NCBI GenBank assembly: GCA_963662945.1 | Contig: OY759974.1 | Span: 1,248,001-1,312,000 of the forward strand | Origin: Arcobacteraceae bacterium | GTDB taxonomy: Bacteria; Campylobacterota; Campylobacteria; Campylobacterales; Arcobacteraceae | Direction of reading: 5' to 3' | Length of the DNA stretch: 64,000 nt | In this document: positions 54,539-63,639 of the stretch, piece by piece | Position numbering within the stretch: position 1 is the first letter of the stretch | Layout of the letters: each line of letters starts with the position of its first letter | Notes under the pieces: model-generated | Databases searched by the model: none | The model's input: the letters and a program-made list of their open reading frames with translations, nothing else | Told to the model about the DNA's origin: nothing | Program-made: the position numbers and the translations under genes

Positions 54539-55527
54539 TGAAATATTTGATATTAGGTAGTAACTCCTTTTCAGCAAGCTCTTTTATAAATTATATACTT
54601 AATCATGAATTAAATTGTAAAATCTTTGCTATTAGTCGTTCAAAAGAATATGACGCCTGTCAATTACCATATAAAAATAATACTAAGTTAAATAATGTTC
54701 ATTTTTTTCAATATAATATAAATACTGAAACAGACAAGATTGTACAACTTATCGCTGATGAAAAAATTGAATATATTTTAAACTTTGCTGCACAAGGAAT
54801 GGTTGCTCAAAGTTGGGATAATCCAGAGCAATGGTTTCAAACAAATAGTTTAAGTTTGGTGAAACTAGTTGATAAGATTTATAATTTCCCGTTTATAAAA
54901 AAATTTATACAAGTTTCAACCCCAGAAGTTTACGGCTCTTGCAATAATATCAAAGAATCTATGTGTTTTTATCCATCTTCACCATATGCAGCTTCAAAAG
55001 CTAGTGCAGATCTTATTCTTTATACTTATTTTTCTACACATAATTTTCCTATCAATTATACAAGAGCTTCAAATGTTTATGGTCCCTATCAGCAGTTGTA
55101 TCGAATAATACCAAAAACTATTCTTATGATTAAAAAAGGTGAAAAACTTCAATTACATGGTGGAGGAAAAGCTATAAGAAGTTTTATTCATATTAAAGAT
55201 GTTGCAGCAGCTACACTAAAAATAATACATGAAGCAAAAGCTGGGGAAATATATCACTTAAGCGATTCTAAAACTATACCTATTTATAATTTAGTGCAAT
55301 TGATTTGTGAATTAATGGGAAAAAATATTCATGATTGTATTGATATTGTAGAAGATAGAATAGGTCAAGATTCTTTATATTTAATGAATAATCAAAAAAT
55401 GATTGATGATTTTAATATGCAACCAAACGTATCTTTAAAAGAGGGAATCAAAGAAGTTATAAATTGGATTGAGTTAAACTATGAAGAATTACAGAAAAAA
55501 CCAGATTATTATAAACATAAAAGATAA
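54538..55527 (+). CDS. Extended SDR NDP-sugar epimerase/dehydratase (RmlB-like, atypical motifs)
   Basis: GSNSFSA, NFAAQ, VSTPEVYG, PYAASK, NVYGP. Confidence 0.85.
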   Translation: MKYLILGSNSFSASSFINYILNHELNCKIFAISRSKEYDACQLPYKNNTKLNNVHFFQYNINTETDKIVQLIADEKIEYILNFAAQGMVAQSWDNPEQWFQTNSLSLVKLVDKIYNFPFIKKFIQVSTPEVYGSCNNIKESMCFYPSSPYAASKASADLILYTYFSTHNFPINYTRASNVYGPYQQLYRIIPKTILMIKKGEKLQLHGGGKAIRSFIHIKDVAAATLKIIHEAKAGEIYHLSDSKTIPIYNLVQLICELMGKNIHDCIDIVEDRIGQDSLYLMNNQKMIDDFNMQPNVSLKEGIKEVINWIELNYEELQKKPDYYKHKR

Positions 55528-55538
55528 AAGGAAGTGAA

Positions 55539-55832
55539 ATGAAGGATACAATACAATATACAAGATATGAATCTCCAGAGTTACAAAAGTGGAAACAATT
55601 ACCACAACTAACGCAGTTAGAAAAAATAGAAAGTTTAAGTCAAGATTTTAGAAATGAACTTAAAGTAATAAATGTAAAAGATCAAATGATTGAAGTAAAT
55701 GTTTATGTTCCAAAAGAACAAGTTTATCAGTTATTAGTAAATTATGAAAAATATTTAAGAGAGAAATTAGATAATATGCCTATTATTGTATTATTAAAGG
55801 AACGACTAGATGAAAACAAAAAAAGAAAATAA
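55539..55832 (+). CDS. 97-aa hypothetical protein
   Basis: AAGGA SD; overlaps the next radical SAM gene. Confidence 0.7.
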   Translation: MKDTIQYTRYESPELQKWKQLPQLTQLEKIESLSQDFRNELKVINVKDQMIEVNVYVPKEQVYQLLVNYEKYLREKLDNMPIIVLLKERLDENKKRK

Positions 55833-56928
55833 ATATATTTTAGATGCAACAAAAGTATATTGGCATCAAGAAAGAATAAAACAATGGGAAAAGGGAGAAA
55901 AAATTGCTCCTATTACCATTGATATGGCTCTTACAAGAGCATGTAATTATGGATGCCACTTCTGCTATGCTAGATTACAAGAAAATGATAGATTTGATAT
56001 AACAAAAGAGCATATTGATAACTTTTTAGAAGATTGTGCTGAAATGGGTGTTAAAGCTATATCTTTAGTAAGTGATGGTGAAAGTTCTTTATCCCCAATT
56101 TATGAGCATACCATTATAAGAGGTTCTGAACTAGGTATATCAATGGCTGCTGCAACACATGGATACAACACTAGATATGAAGCTTTAGAAAGAATTCTTC
56201 CTCATCTTACTTATCTAAGAGTCAATATATCTGCTGGTGAACCAAAAAGATATGCACAGATTATGGGTGTAAAAGAGGAAGCATTTTATCAAGTTATTCA
56301 GAATATCAAAGATATGGTTGAGATAAAGAAAAGAGATGATCTTGATGTAACAATTGGTATGCAAATGGTACTTATGCCTGAAGATGCTGATCAAGTAATT
56401 CCTTTGGCGAAACTAGGGAAAGAGATTCGTCCAGATTACTTAGTAGTAAAACACACAAGTGATAGTGAAGATGGGAAACTAGGTGTTGATTATTCTAAAT
56501 ATGCCGAATTAACGCATATTTTAGAAGAAGCCGAATCTTATAGCGATGAAAATTATCAAGTTTCTGTAAAATGGTCAAAAATTAATGCTGAAGGAAAACG
56601 AAGCTACCAAAGATGTTATGGACCACCATTTCAAATACAGATTTCAGGTTCAGGACTAGTGGCACCTTGTGGAATGTTTTTTAATGAACGATATAGCCGA
56701 TTCCATATTGGAAATATCACTCAACAAAGATTTAAGGATATAGTGCAAAGTGATCGATATTGGGAAATTATGAATCATATTGCTTCTCCAAATTTTGATG
56801 CACAAACTATGTGTGGTTCATTGTGCTTACAACACAAAGTTAATGAGTTTTTAGATAATTACAAAAAAGGTAATGTACAACTTAAGAAACCAAGTGGTAC
56901 ACCACCGAATCATATAAATTTTATATAA
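55810..56928 (+). CDS. Radical SAM enzyme with Twitch/SPASM-type C-terminal domain
   Basis: CNYGCHFC, SDGES, C-x17-C ... CGSLC. Confidence 0.9.
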   Translation: MKTKKENKYILDATKVYWHQERIKQWEKGEKIAPITIDMALTRACNYGCHFCYARLQENDRFDITKEHIDNFLEDCAEMGVKAISLVSDGESSLSPIYEHTIIRGSELGISMAAATHGYNTRYEALERILPHLTYLRVNISAGEPKRYAQIMGVKEEAFYQVIQNIKDMVEIKKRDDLDVTIGMQMVLMPEDADQVIPLAKLGKEIRPDYLVVKHTSDSEDGKLGVDYSKYAELTHILEEAESYSDENYQVSVKWSKINAEGKRSYQRCYGPPFQIQISGSGLVAPCGMFFNERYSRFHIGNITQQRFKDIVQSDRYWEIMNHIASPNFDAQTMCGSLCLQHKVNEFLDNYKKGNVQLKKPSGTPPNHINFI

Positions 56929-56937
56929 AGTATTTTA

Positions 56938-58350
56938 ATGAAAAAAGTATTTGTAAGTGGTGATTTTAATATATTACATCCTGGTCACTTAAGATTATTA
57001 AAATTTGCAAAAGAAAGTGGTGATTATTTAATAGTAGGAGTAAATAGTGATGCCATCAGTTATAAAGGCATTAACGAAGATATTAGATTAGAATCAATCA
57101 AAGCTACTAGTTATGTAGATGAAGCTTTTATACTTAATATCTCTCCACTAAAATATATAGAACAACATAAACCTCATATTGTGGTAAAAGGGAAAGAACA
57201 TGAAAATAGAGAAAATCCAGAATTAGAAGTTATTAACAGCTATGGGGGAAAACTACTATTTAGTTCTGGAGAAATTGGATTTTCCTCTATAGACCTTTTA
57301 AAACAAGAATTTTTACATACTAACTATAAAGTAGAGCATCATACAAAATATCTTAAAAGACATAATTTTAATTTTTCTGACTTAAACACTATAATCGATA
57401 AATTTAGCAACTTAAATATTCTTGTCATAGGAGATACAATTGTTGATGAGTATATTACTTGTGAACCTTTAGGTATGAGTCAAGAAGATCCAACTATTGT
57501 TGTGAGTCCCTTATTAAATGATAAATTTATAGGCGGTGCTGCTATTGTAGCTAGTCACGCTAAAACATTAGGTGCACATGTAAAATTTATCTCAGTGGTT
57601 GGAGATGATGAAAATCATTATTTTGTAAAAGAAGGATTAGAAAAACTAGATATAGATGTTTCACTGTATGTAGATAGTACTCGACCAACTACTTTAAAAC
57701 AGCGATTTAGAGCAAAAGACAAAACCCTCCTAAGGGTAAATCACCTTAAACATCATGGTATTAGTAAAGATATACAAAATGATATAATAAAAAACATTGA
57801 AAAAAATATTCAAGACATAGATTTAATTATATTTTCTGATTTTAGTTATGGTGTTTTAACAAATACCCTAATAAATAACATCTCAAATCTAGGTTTACAT
57901 CATAATATACTTATGTCTGCAGATTCCCAAAGTTCATCTCAAGTAGGAGATATATCTAAATTTAAAAATATGACCCTTGTAACACCAACAGAAAGAGAAA
58001 TTCGATTATCACTAAATGATTTTGAATCAGGGCTAGTTGTTTTATCCGAGAAGCTTGTAGAAAAAACTCATACAAAATTTATCTTTACTACACTTGGAAG
58101 TGAAGGTGTTATGATATATAATGATGAGAAAGAAGGGCTACTAACAGATAATATAAATGCTCTTGGAAATATTGTAAAAGATGTAAGTGGTGCTGGTGAT
58201 TCACTACTCACATGCAGTTCTATGGCATTATGTGTGGGAGCAACAATTTGGCAAAGTGCTTATTTAGGTTCATTAGCTTCAGCTATCCAAGTTAGTCGAT
58301 TAGGTAATGTTCCAATCAAAAAAGATGAACTTTTAAAAGAATTACAATAG
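56938..58350 (+). CDS. HldE-like bifunctional nucleotidyltransferase + PfkB-type sugar-phosphate kinase (reversed domain order)
   Basis: N-terminal GDFNILHPGH...VGVNSD...VVKG; C-terminal GDTIVDEY, GGAA, SDFSYG, DVSGAGD. Confidence 0.88.
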   Translation: MKKVFVSGDFNILHPGHLRLLKFAKESGDYLIVGVNSDAISYKGINEDIRLESIKATSYVDEAFILNISPLKYIEQHKPHIVVKGKEHENRENPELEVINSYGGKLLFSSGEIGFSSIDLLKQEFLHTNYKVEHHTKYLKRHNFNFSDLNTIIDKFSNLNILVIGDTIVDEYITCEPLGMSQEDPTIVVSPLLNDKFIGGAAIVASHAKTLGAHVKFISVVGDDENHYFVKEGLEKLDIDVSLYVDSTRPTTLKQRFRAKDKTLLRVNHLKHHGISKDIQNDIIKNIEKNIQDIDLIIFSDFSYGVLTNTLINNISNLGLHHNILMSADSQSSSQVGDISKFKNMTLVTPTEREIRLSLNDFESGLVVLSEKLVEKTHTKFIFTTLGSEGVMIYNDEKEGLLTDNINALGNIVKDVSGAGDSLLTCSSMALCVGATIWQSAYLGSLASAIQVSRLGNVPIKKDELLKELQ

Positions 58351-58353
58351 AAC

Positions 58354-59064
58354 ATGAAAGCATTACTTCTAAGTGCAGGTTTAGGAACAAGACTTCGACC
58401 AATCACTAATACAATTCCTAAATGTTTAGTACCTATTAATGGAAAACCTTTATTAGAGTATTGGCTGGAAAACCTTTCAAATGCTGGGATTGAAGAGTTT
58501 TTAATCAATACATCTTATTTAAGTGAACAAATTGAGGCATTTGTAAAAGATAGTCAATATCAAGAGAAAATAACTTTAGTTCATGAAAATGAATTGCTAA
58601 ATACTGGTGGAACAATAGTAAAAAATAGTAATTTTTTTGATGATAAACCTTTTATGTTAATTCATGCAGACAATCTCTCTTTTTGTGACTTTAAATCTTT
58701 TATAAATTCTCATAACGATAGACCAAAAAATTGTGAATTAACCATGATGTTATTTCATACAGATAATCCAAGTAGTTGTGGTATTGTCGAACTAGATTCA
58801 TCTAATAGAGTAATCAAATTTCATGAAAAAGTGAAAAATCCACCATCAAATATAGCAAATGGTGCCGTATACATTTGTGAACCTTCAATTATTGAGTTTT
58901 GTATCAATTTAGATAAAAAAAATATAGATTTTTCAAATGAAGTTTTGCCAAAATACATGGGAAAGATAAATACTTTTTTAAACGATATTTATCATAGAGA
59001 TATAGGAAATATAGAAAGTTATGCTTTGGCACAGATTGAAATACGAGAAATCAATTTTAATTAG
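58354..59064 (+). CDS. Sugar-1-phosphate nucleotidyltransferase (HddC/GMPP-like)
   Basis: SAGLGTRLRP...PK, ELLNTGG, FHEK, DIG. Confidence 0.88.
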   Translation: MKALLLSAGLGTRLRPITNTIPKCLVPINGKPLLEYWLENLSNAGIEEFLINTSYLSEQIEAFVKDSQYQEKITLVHENELLNTGGTIVKNSNFFDDKPFMLIHADNLSFCDFKSFINSHNDRPKNCELTMMLFHTDNPSSCGIVELDSSNRVIKFHEKVKNPPSNIANGAVYICEPSIIEFCINLDKKNIDFSNEVLPKYMGKINTFLNDIYHRDIGNIESYALAQIEIREINFN

Positions 59065-59122
59065 CATTTCTTAATATTAGTTTAATAAATATTTTGTTAC
59101 AGTAGCCATAAAGGATTTGATT

Positions 59123-60166
59123 ATGAATGTTAGAGAATTACTACTCACTGAAGATACTCCAATTATACAAGCCTTAGATATTATTGCAAAAGGTGCTAAA
59201 AGTATTGCCTTAATAGTTGATACAAATAATAAATTATTGGGAACTTTAAATGATGGAGATATTAGAAGAGCCCTTTTAAATAGTTATGATTTACAACAGC
59301 CGATTAAAGATATTTATCAACAAAATCCTTGTGTTTGTACTATAAATGACACAAAAGAATTTATTATACAAAAAGCAATCAAAAATAAAGTATATCAAAT
59401 TCCAATAGTAGATAATAACTACAAATTAGTAGATCTTGAAGATTTAGCCACTCTACTCACAAATGTTAAAAGGAAGAATAGAGTTTTTTTAATGGCAGGA
59501 GGATTAGGAACTAGACTACGACCTTTAACTACAAATACACCTAAACCCCTTCTTGAAGTGGGGAATAAGCCTATTTTAGAAACGATAATTGAAAATTTTG
59601 CAAAATATGGATTTGTAAATATAACTATAAGTGTAAATTATAAAGCAAATATGATAAAGGATTATTTTGGTGATGGTAGTCGTTTTGGAGTTAGTATTGA
59701 CTATATAGAAGAAACAAAAAGATTAGGCACAGCAGGTGCACTTGGACTTATTGACAATAAACCTACAGAACCATTTTTTGTCATGAATGCAGATTTATTA
59801 ACAAATATTAATTTTACCCATTTACTAGATTTTCACTCTTTTGAAAATTCAATTGCTACAATGTGTGTTCGAGAATATGATTTTCAAGTACCTTTTGGAG
59901 TAGTTGAAACTGAAGATGGAAATATTGTATCAATTAAAGAAAAACCTGTACATAAATTTTTTGTCAATGCGGGTATTTATACTTTATCACCTCAAGTATT
60001 TCAATATATTCCAATTAACACATTTTATGATATGCCAACATTATTTGAAGATTTGATACAAAATCAACATAAAACAATTTCATTTCCTATTCATGAATAT
60101 TGGCTTGATATTGGGAGAATTGAAGAGTTTGAGAAAGCTAATAATGAATATGACGAGGTATTTTAA
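59123..60166 (+). CDS. ptmE: CBS-pair + nucleotidyltransferase (PtmE/LgaF)
   Basis: N-terminal CBS DGDIRRA; MAGGLGTRLRP, LGTAG, YWLDIG. Confidence 0.88.
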   Translation: MNVRELLLTEDTPIIQALDIIAKGAKSIALIVDTNNKLLGTLNDGDIRRALLNSYDLQQPIKDIYQQNPCVCTINDTKEFIIQKAIKNKVYQIPIVDNNYKLVDLEDLATLLTNVKRKNRVFLMAGGLGTRLRPLTTNTPKPLLEVGNKPILETIIENFAKYGFVNITISVNYKANMIKDYFGDGSRFGVSIDYIEETKRLGTAGALGLIDNKPTEPFFVMNADLLTNINFTHLLDFHSFENSIATMCVREYDFQVPFGVVETEDGNIVSIKEKPVHKFFVNAGIYTLSPQVFQYIPINTFYDMPTLFEDLIQNQHKTISFPIHEYWLDIGRIEEFEKANNEYDEVF

Positions 60167-61027
60167 TTGAATATCTTAATTATTGGGTATGGTTCAATTG
60201 GAAAACGTCATGAACGTATATTGTCAACAATGCAAGATAGTACTTATAGCATAGATATTGTTACCAAGCAAAATATTGAACAAAAAAATACCTTTACAAG
60301 CATATCACAAATAAAAAATTTAAATAGATATGATTATTTTATAATAGCAAATGAAACTTACAAACATTCTCTTACACTAAAAACTATCGATAAACTTGTC
60401 AATCACAAAATAATTTTAGTTGAAAAACCATTATTTAAAGATTATGAAAAATTTCAGCCAAAAAATAAAGTTTTGGTTGCCTACAACTTACGATTTCATC
60501 CTATAATAGAGTTCTTAAAACCATATAAATTTATCTTTTTCAATGCTATTGTAGGACAAGATTTAAAACAATGGAGAGATAGAAATTATATTAAAAACTA
60601 CAGTGCAAAAAAACAATACGGAGGTGGTGTACTCCGTGATTTAAGTCATGAAATTGATTATATCCAATATCTAAATGGTAAAATTAAGGATATTCACTCT
60701 ACCATTGATAAAAAAAGTAACTTAAACATAGATGTAGAAGACATTGTTATAGGTAATGGAAAAACAAGAAATGCTATTATAGGATTTTCTATGGATTATA
60801 TAAGTAAAATACCATTTAGACAAATTATAGCCCATACAAAAAATGAAACTTTTATTTGTGATTTTATTTCAAATTCAATTAATAATAAAAAATTAAAAGA
60901 TATAGATAGGGACTATACCTATAGAGAAATGCATAAAGCAATTTTAAACAATAACTTTGATAAAGTTTGTACTTATAAAGAAGGTTTAAAAACTATGAAA
61001 GTAATACAAGAAATAGAAAATGAGTAA
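60167..61027 (+). CDS. Gfo/Idh/MocA oxidoreductase (PtmF/ElaA-like)
   Basis: GYGSIGKRH, VEKP, YNLRFHP, DLSHEID. Confidence 0.88.
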   Translation: MNILIIGYGSIGKRHERILSTMQDSTYSIDIVTKQNIEQKNTFTSISQIKNLNRYDYFIIANETYKHSLTLKTIDKLVNHKIILVEKPLFKDYEKFQPKNKVLVAYNLRFHPIIEFLKPYKFIFFNAIVGQDLKQWRDRNYIKNYSAKKQYGGGVLRDLSHEIDYIQYLNGKIKDIHSTIDKKSNLNIDVEDIVIGNGKTRNAIIGFSMDYISKIPFRQIIAHTKNETFICDFISNSINNKKLKDIDRDYTYREMHKAILNNNFDKVCTYKEGLKTMKVIQEIENE

Positions 61028-61721
61028 TATCTTATGTACAATATGTGCCAGAGGTGGTTCTAAAGGTGTTAAAAATAAAAACATTAAATTACTTAATGGA
61101 AAACCTCTTATTGCATATACAATAGAACAAGCTAGAACAACAAATCTTTTTGATCATATAGTTGTTAGTACAGATTCTGATAAAATTGCTAATATTGCAA
61201 GAGAATATGGAGCAGAAATATTTTTTCAAAGAGATGCGGAAATGGCAAGTGATACAGCAGGAAAGTTAGATGTAATTAAAGATGCTTTTATAAAAAGTGA
61301 GCAATACTATAAAAAACAATTTGAGTATCTTATAGATTTGGATGTAACATCACCATTAAGAGATGCATCAGACATTACTAATTCATTTCAACAATTTTTA
61401 GAAAATAAAAATGATAATCTTATAACTGCAATGCCTAGTAGAAGAAGTCCTTATTTTAATTTAGTAGAATTACATAATGGAAAGGTTGTTTTATCAAAGA
61501 ATTTAGACTGTAAAGTAGTACGTAGGCAAGATGCCCCAAAAAGTTACGATATGAATGCTTCTATATATATTTGGAAAAGGGATGTTATTTTAAATGAGAA
61601 TAAACTTTTTCTTGAGAATACTGGCTTATACGTAATGCCTGAAGAGCGATCTATTGATATAGATACTGAATTAGATTATAAATTTGTAGAGTTTTTAATG
61701 AGGGAAAAAAACAATGATTAA
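61020..61721 (+). CDS. legF: CMP-nonulosonate synthetase (LegF/PtmB)
   Basis: ARGGSKG...KN, STD, TSPLR, RRQD, SIDID. Confidence 0.92.
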   Translation: MSNILCTICARGGSKGVKNKNIKLLNGKPLIAYTIEQARTTNLFDHIVVSTDSDKIANIAREYGAEIFFQRDAEMASDTAGKLDVIKDAFIKSEQYYKKQFEYLIDLDVTSPLRDASDITNSFQQFLENKNDNLITAMPSRRSPYFNLVELHNGKVVLSKNLDCKVVRRQDAPKSYDMNASIYIWKRDVILNENKLFLENTGLYVMPEERSIDIDTELDYKFVEFLMREKNND

Positions 61722-62484
61722 AGGACAAGTTGTCGTAATAACTGGCGGTGCTGGACTTATAGGAAAAGAATTTGTAAAGGCTGTAGTTCAAAATAATGGT
61801 ATAGCAATTATAGCAGATATAAATGAGCAAGTTGGAATAAAAACAAAAGATGATTTATCAAAAGAACTTCGCACTACACAAATTGACTTTGTACAATTAA
61901 ATATTACATCAAAACATTCTATAAATGAAGCTATACATATTATTTCTTCTAAATATACAAAAATTGATGCCCTAGTTAATAATGCTTATCCTAGAAATCA
62001 AAACTATGGTAACCATTTTTTTGATGTTGAATATGAAGATTTTATTGAAAACCTAGGTCTTAATTTAGGTGGCTATTTTACTTCCTCTCAACAGTTTGCC
62101 AAGTATTTTCAATTGCAAGGATATGGAAATATTATTAATATATCTTCAATTTATGGAGTAGTTGCTCCAAAGTTTGAAATATATAATCATACGCCGATGA
62201 CTATGCCTGTAGAATACGCAGCTATAAAGTCTGGACTTATTCACCTTACAAAATATATGGCAAAATATTTTAAAGGAATGAATATAAGAGTGAATGCACT
62301 AAGTCCTGGTGGAATTTTTGATAATCAACCTAAGCTTTTTTTAGAACAATATAAAAACAATTGTTTGACTAAAGGGATGCTTAATGCAAGTGACTTAAAA
62401 GGTACTTTAATCTATTTGCTAAGTGATATGAGTCAATATGTTAATGGACAAAATATTATTGTCGATGATGGTTTTAGTTTATAA
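61714..62484 (+). CDS. Short-chain dehydrogenase (PtmA/ElaC-like)
   Basis: TGGAGLIG, NNAYP, SSIYG, YAAIK. Confidence 0.88.
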   Translation: MIKGQVVVITGGAGLIGKEFVKAVVQNNGIAIIADINEQVGIKTKDDLSKELRTTQIDFVQLNITSKHSINEAIHIISSKYTKIDALVNNAYPRNQNYGNHFFDVEYEDFIENLGLNLGGYFTSSQQFAKYFQLQGYGNIINISSIYGVVAPKFEIYNHTPMTMPVEYAAIKSGLIHLTKYMAKYFKGMNIRVNALSPGGIFDNQPKLFLEQYKNNCLTKGMLNASDLKGTLIYLLSDMSQYVNGQNIIVDDGFSL

Positions 62485-62493
62485 AGGAAAAAA

Positions 62494-63639
62494 ATGAGTA
62501 ATAAAAAAATTTTTTGGTGTAAAAATTGTTTAAATATGTCTACAAGACCTAGAATATCATTTGACAATAGAGGTTGGTGTAATGCTTGTCAATGGATGGA
62601 AGAAAAGAAAACTATAGATTGGACGCCAAGGGAAATAGAATTACAAACATTATTAAATAAATATCGTTCTAAAAATAGTAACTTTGACTGTATTGTTCCT
62701 GTAAGTGGAGGTAAAGATGGTTCTTATGTTGCACATCAATTAAAACACAAATATAATATGAATCCCTTAACAATAACTGTTAAACCTGCATTATCTCTAG
62801 AAATTGGTGATCAGAATTTATCGAACTTTATTCAATCAGGTTATAATCATATACATATTTCAACTAACCCTATCGTATTAGATCGATTAAATAAATATGG
62901 ATTTATAGAAAAAGGATTTCCATATTATGGTTGGCTTATTGCTATCATGACCGCTGTAATTAAAACAGCAGCAAATTTTAAAATCCCATTAATCTTCTAT
63001 GGAGAAGATGGTGAAATAGAATATGGTGGTTCTACAGAAAGTAAAAATAAAGCACTCTATGATATAGAGTATATGAAGAGGGTATATCTTGAAGGTGGTC
63101 ATGAAAAAGTATTTGATAGAATCAAACAAGATGGTGATATAAGTGATGCTGATTTAGCCTTTTTTCAATTTCCAACAACAGATGAAATTTCTGAAGTTGG
63201 ATTATCATTTACACATTGGTCATATTTTGAAGCTTGGGATTCTTATCGAAATTATGTTGTTGCAAAAGAGCATTGTGGTCTTATAGAAAAAGATGATGGT
63301 AACCATGATACTTTTACAAACTTTGCTCAAAATGACCAAGCTTTATATGCCCTTCATGCATATATGATGTATTTAAAATTTGGTTTTGGAAGAGCAACTC
63401 AAGATGCAGGAATAGAAATTAGAAGAGGTTCTATGTCAAGAGACCAAGCGATAAATCTTGTCAATATGTATGACAATGCTTATCCTTATGATTTAATAGA
63501 TACCTATTTAGAATATTACAAAATGTCAAAAGAAGAATTTGATGCCGTTCTTGATAAATATGCAAATACAGATTTATTTGACAAGATTGATGGTATTTGG
63601 CAACCAAAATTTACAGTGGGAGAAGAATTTAGTTTATGA
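62494..63639 (+). CDS. N-acetyl sugar amidotransferase (PtmG/PseA/WbuX family)
   Basis: N-terminal CKNC...CNAC, PP-loop VSGGKD, YLKFGFGRAT. Confidence 0.88.
   Translation: MSNKKIFWCKNCLNMSTRPRISFDNRGWCNACQWMEEKKTIDWTPREIELQTLLNKYRSKNSNFDCIVPVSGGKDGSYVAHQLKHKYNMNPLTITVKPALSLEIGDQNLSNFIQSGYNHIHISTNPIVLDRLNKYGFIEKGFPYYGWLIAIMTAVIKTAANFKIPLIFYGEDGEIEYGGSTESKNKALYDIEYMKRVYLEGGHEKVFDRIKQDGDISDADLAFFQFPTTDEISEVGLSFTHWSYFEAWDSYRNYVVAKEHCGLIEKDDGNHDTFTNFAQNDQALYALHAYMMYLKFGFGRATQDAGIEIRRGSMSRDQAINLVNMYDNAYPYDLIDTYLEYYKMSKEEFDAVLDKYANTDLFDKIDGIWQPKFTVGEEFSL

Noticed and set aside
50085-59116. IS ends or target-site duplications flanking the cassette
   Set aside because: No transposase, terminal inverted repeats or direct repeats recognised, so it is not called a mobile element
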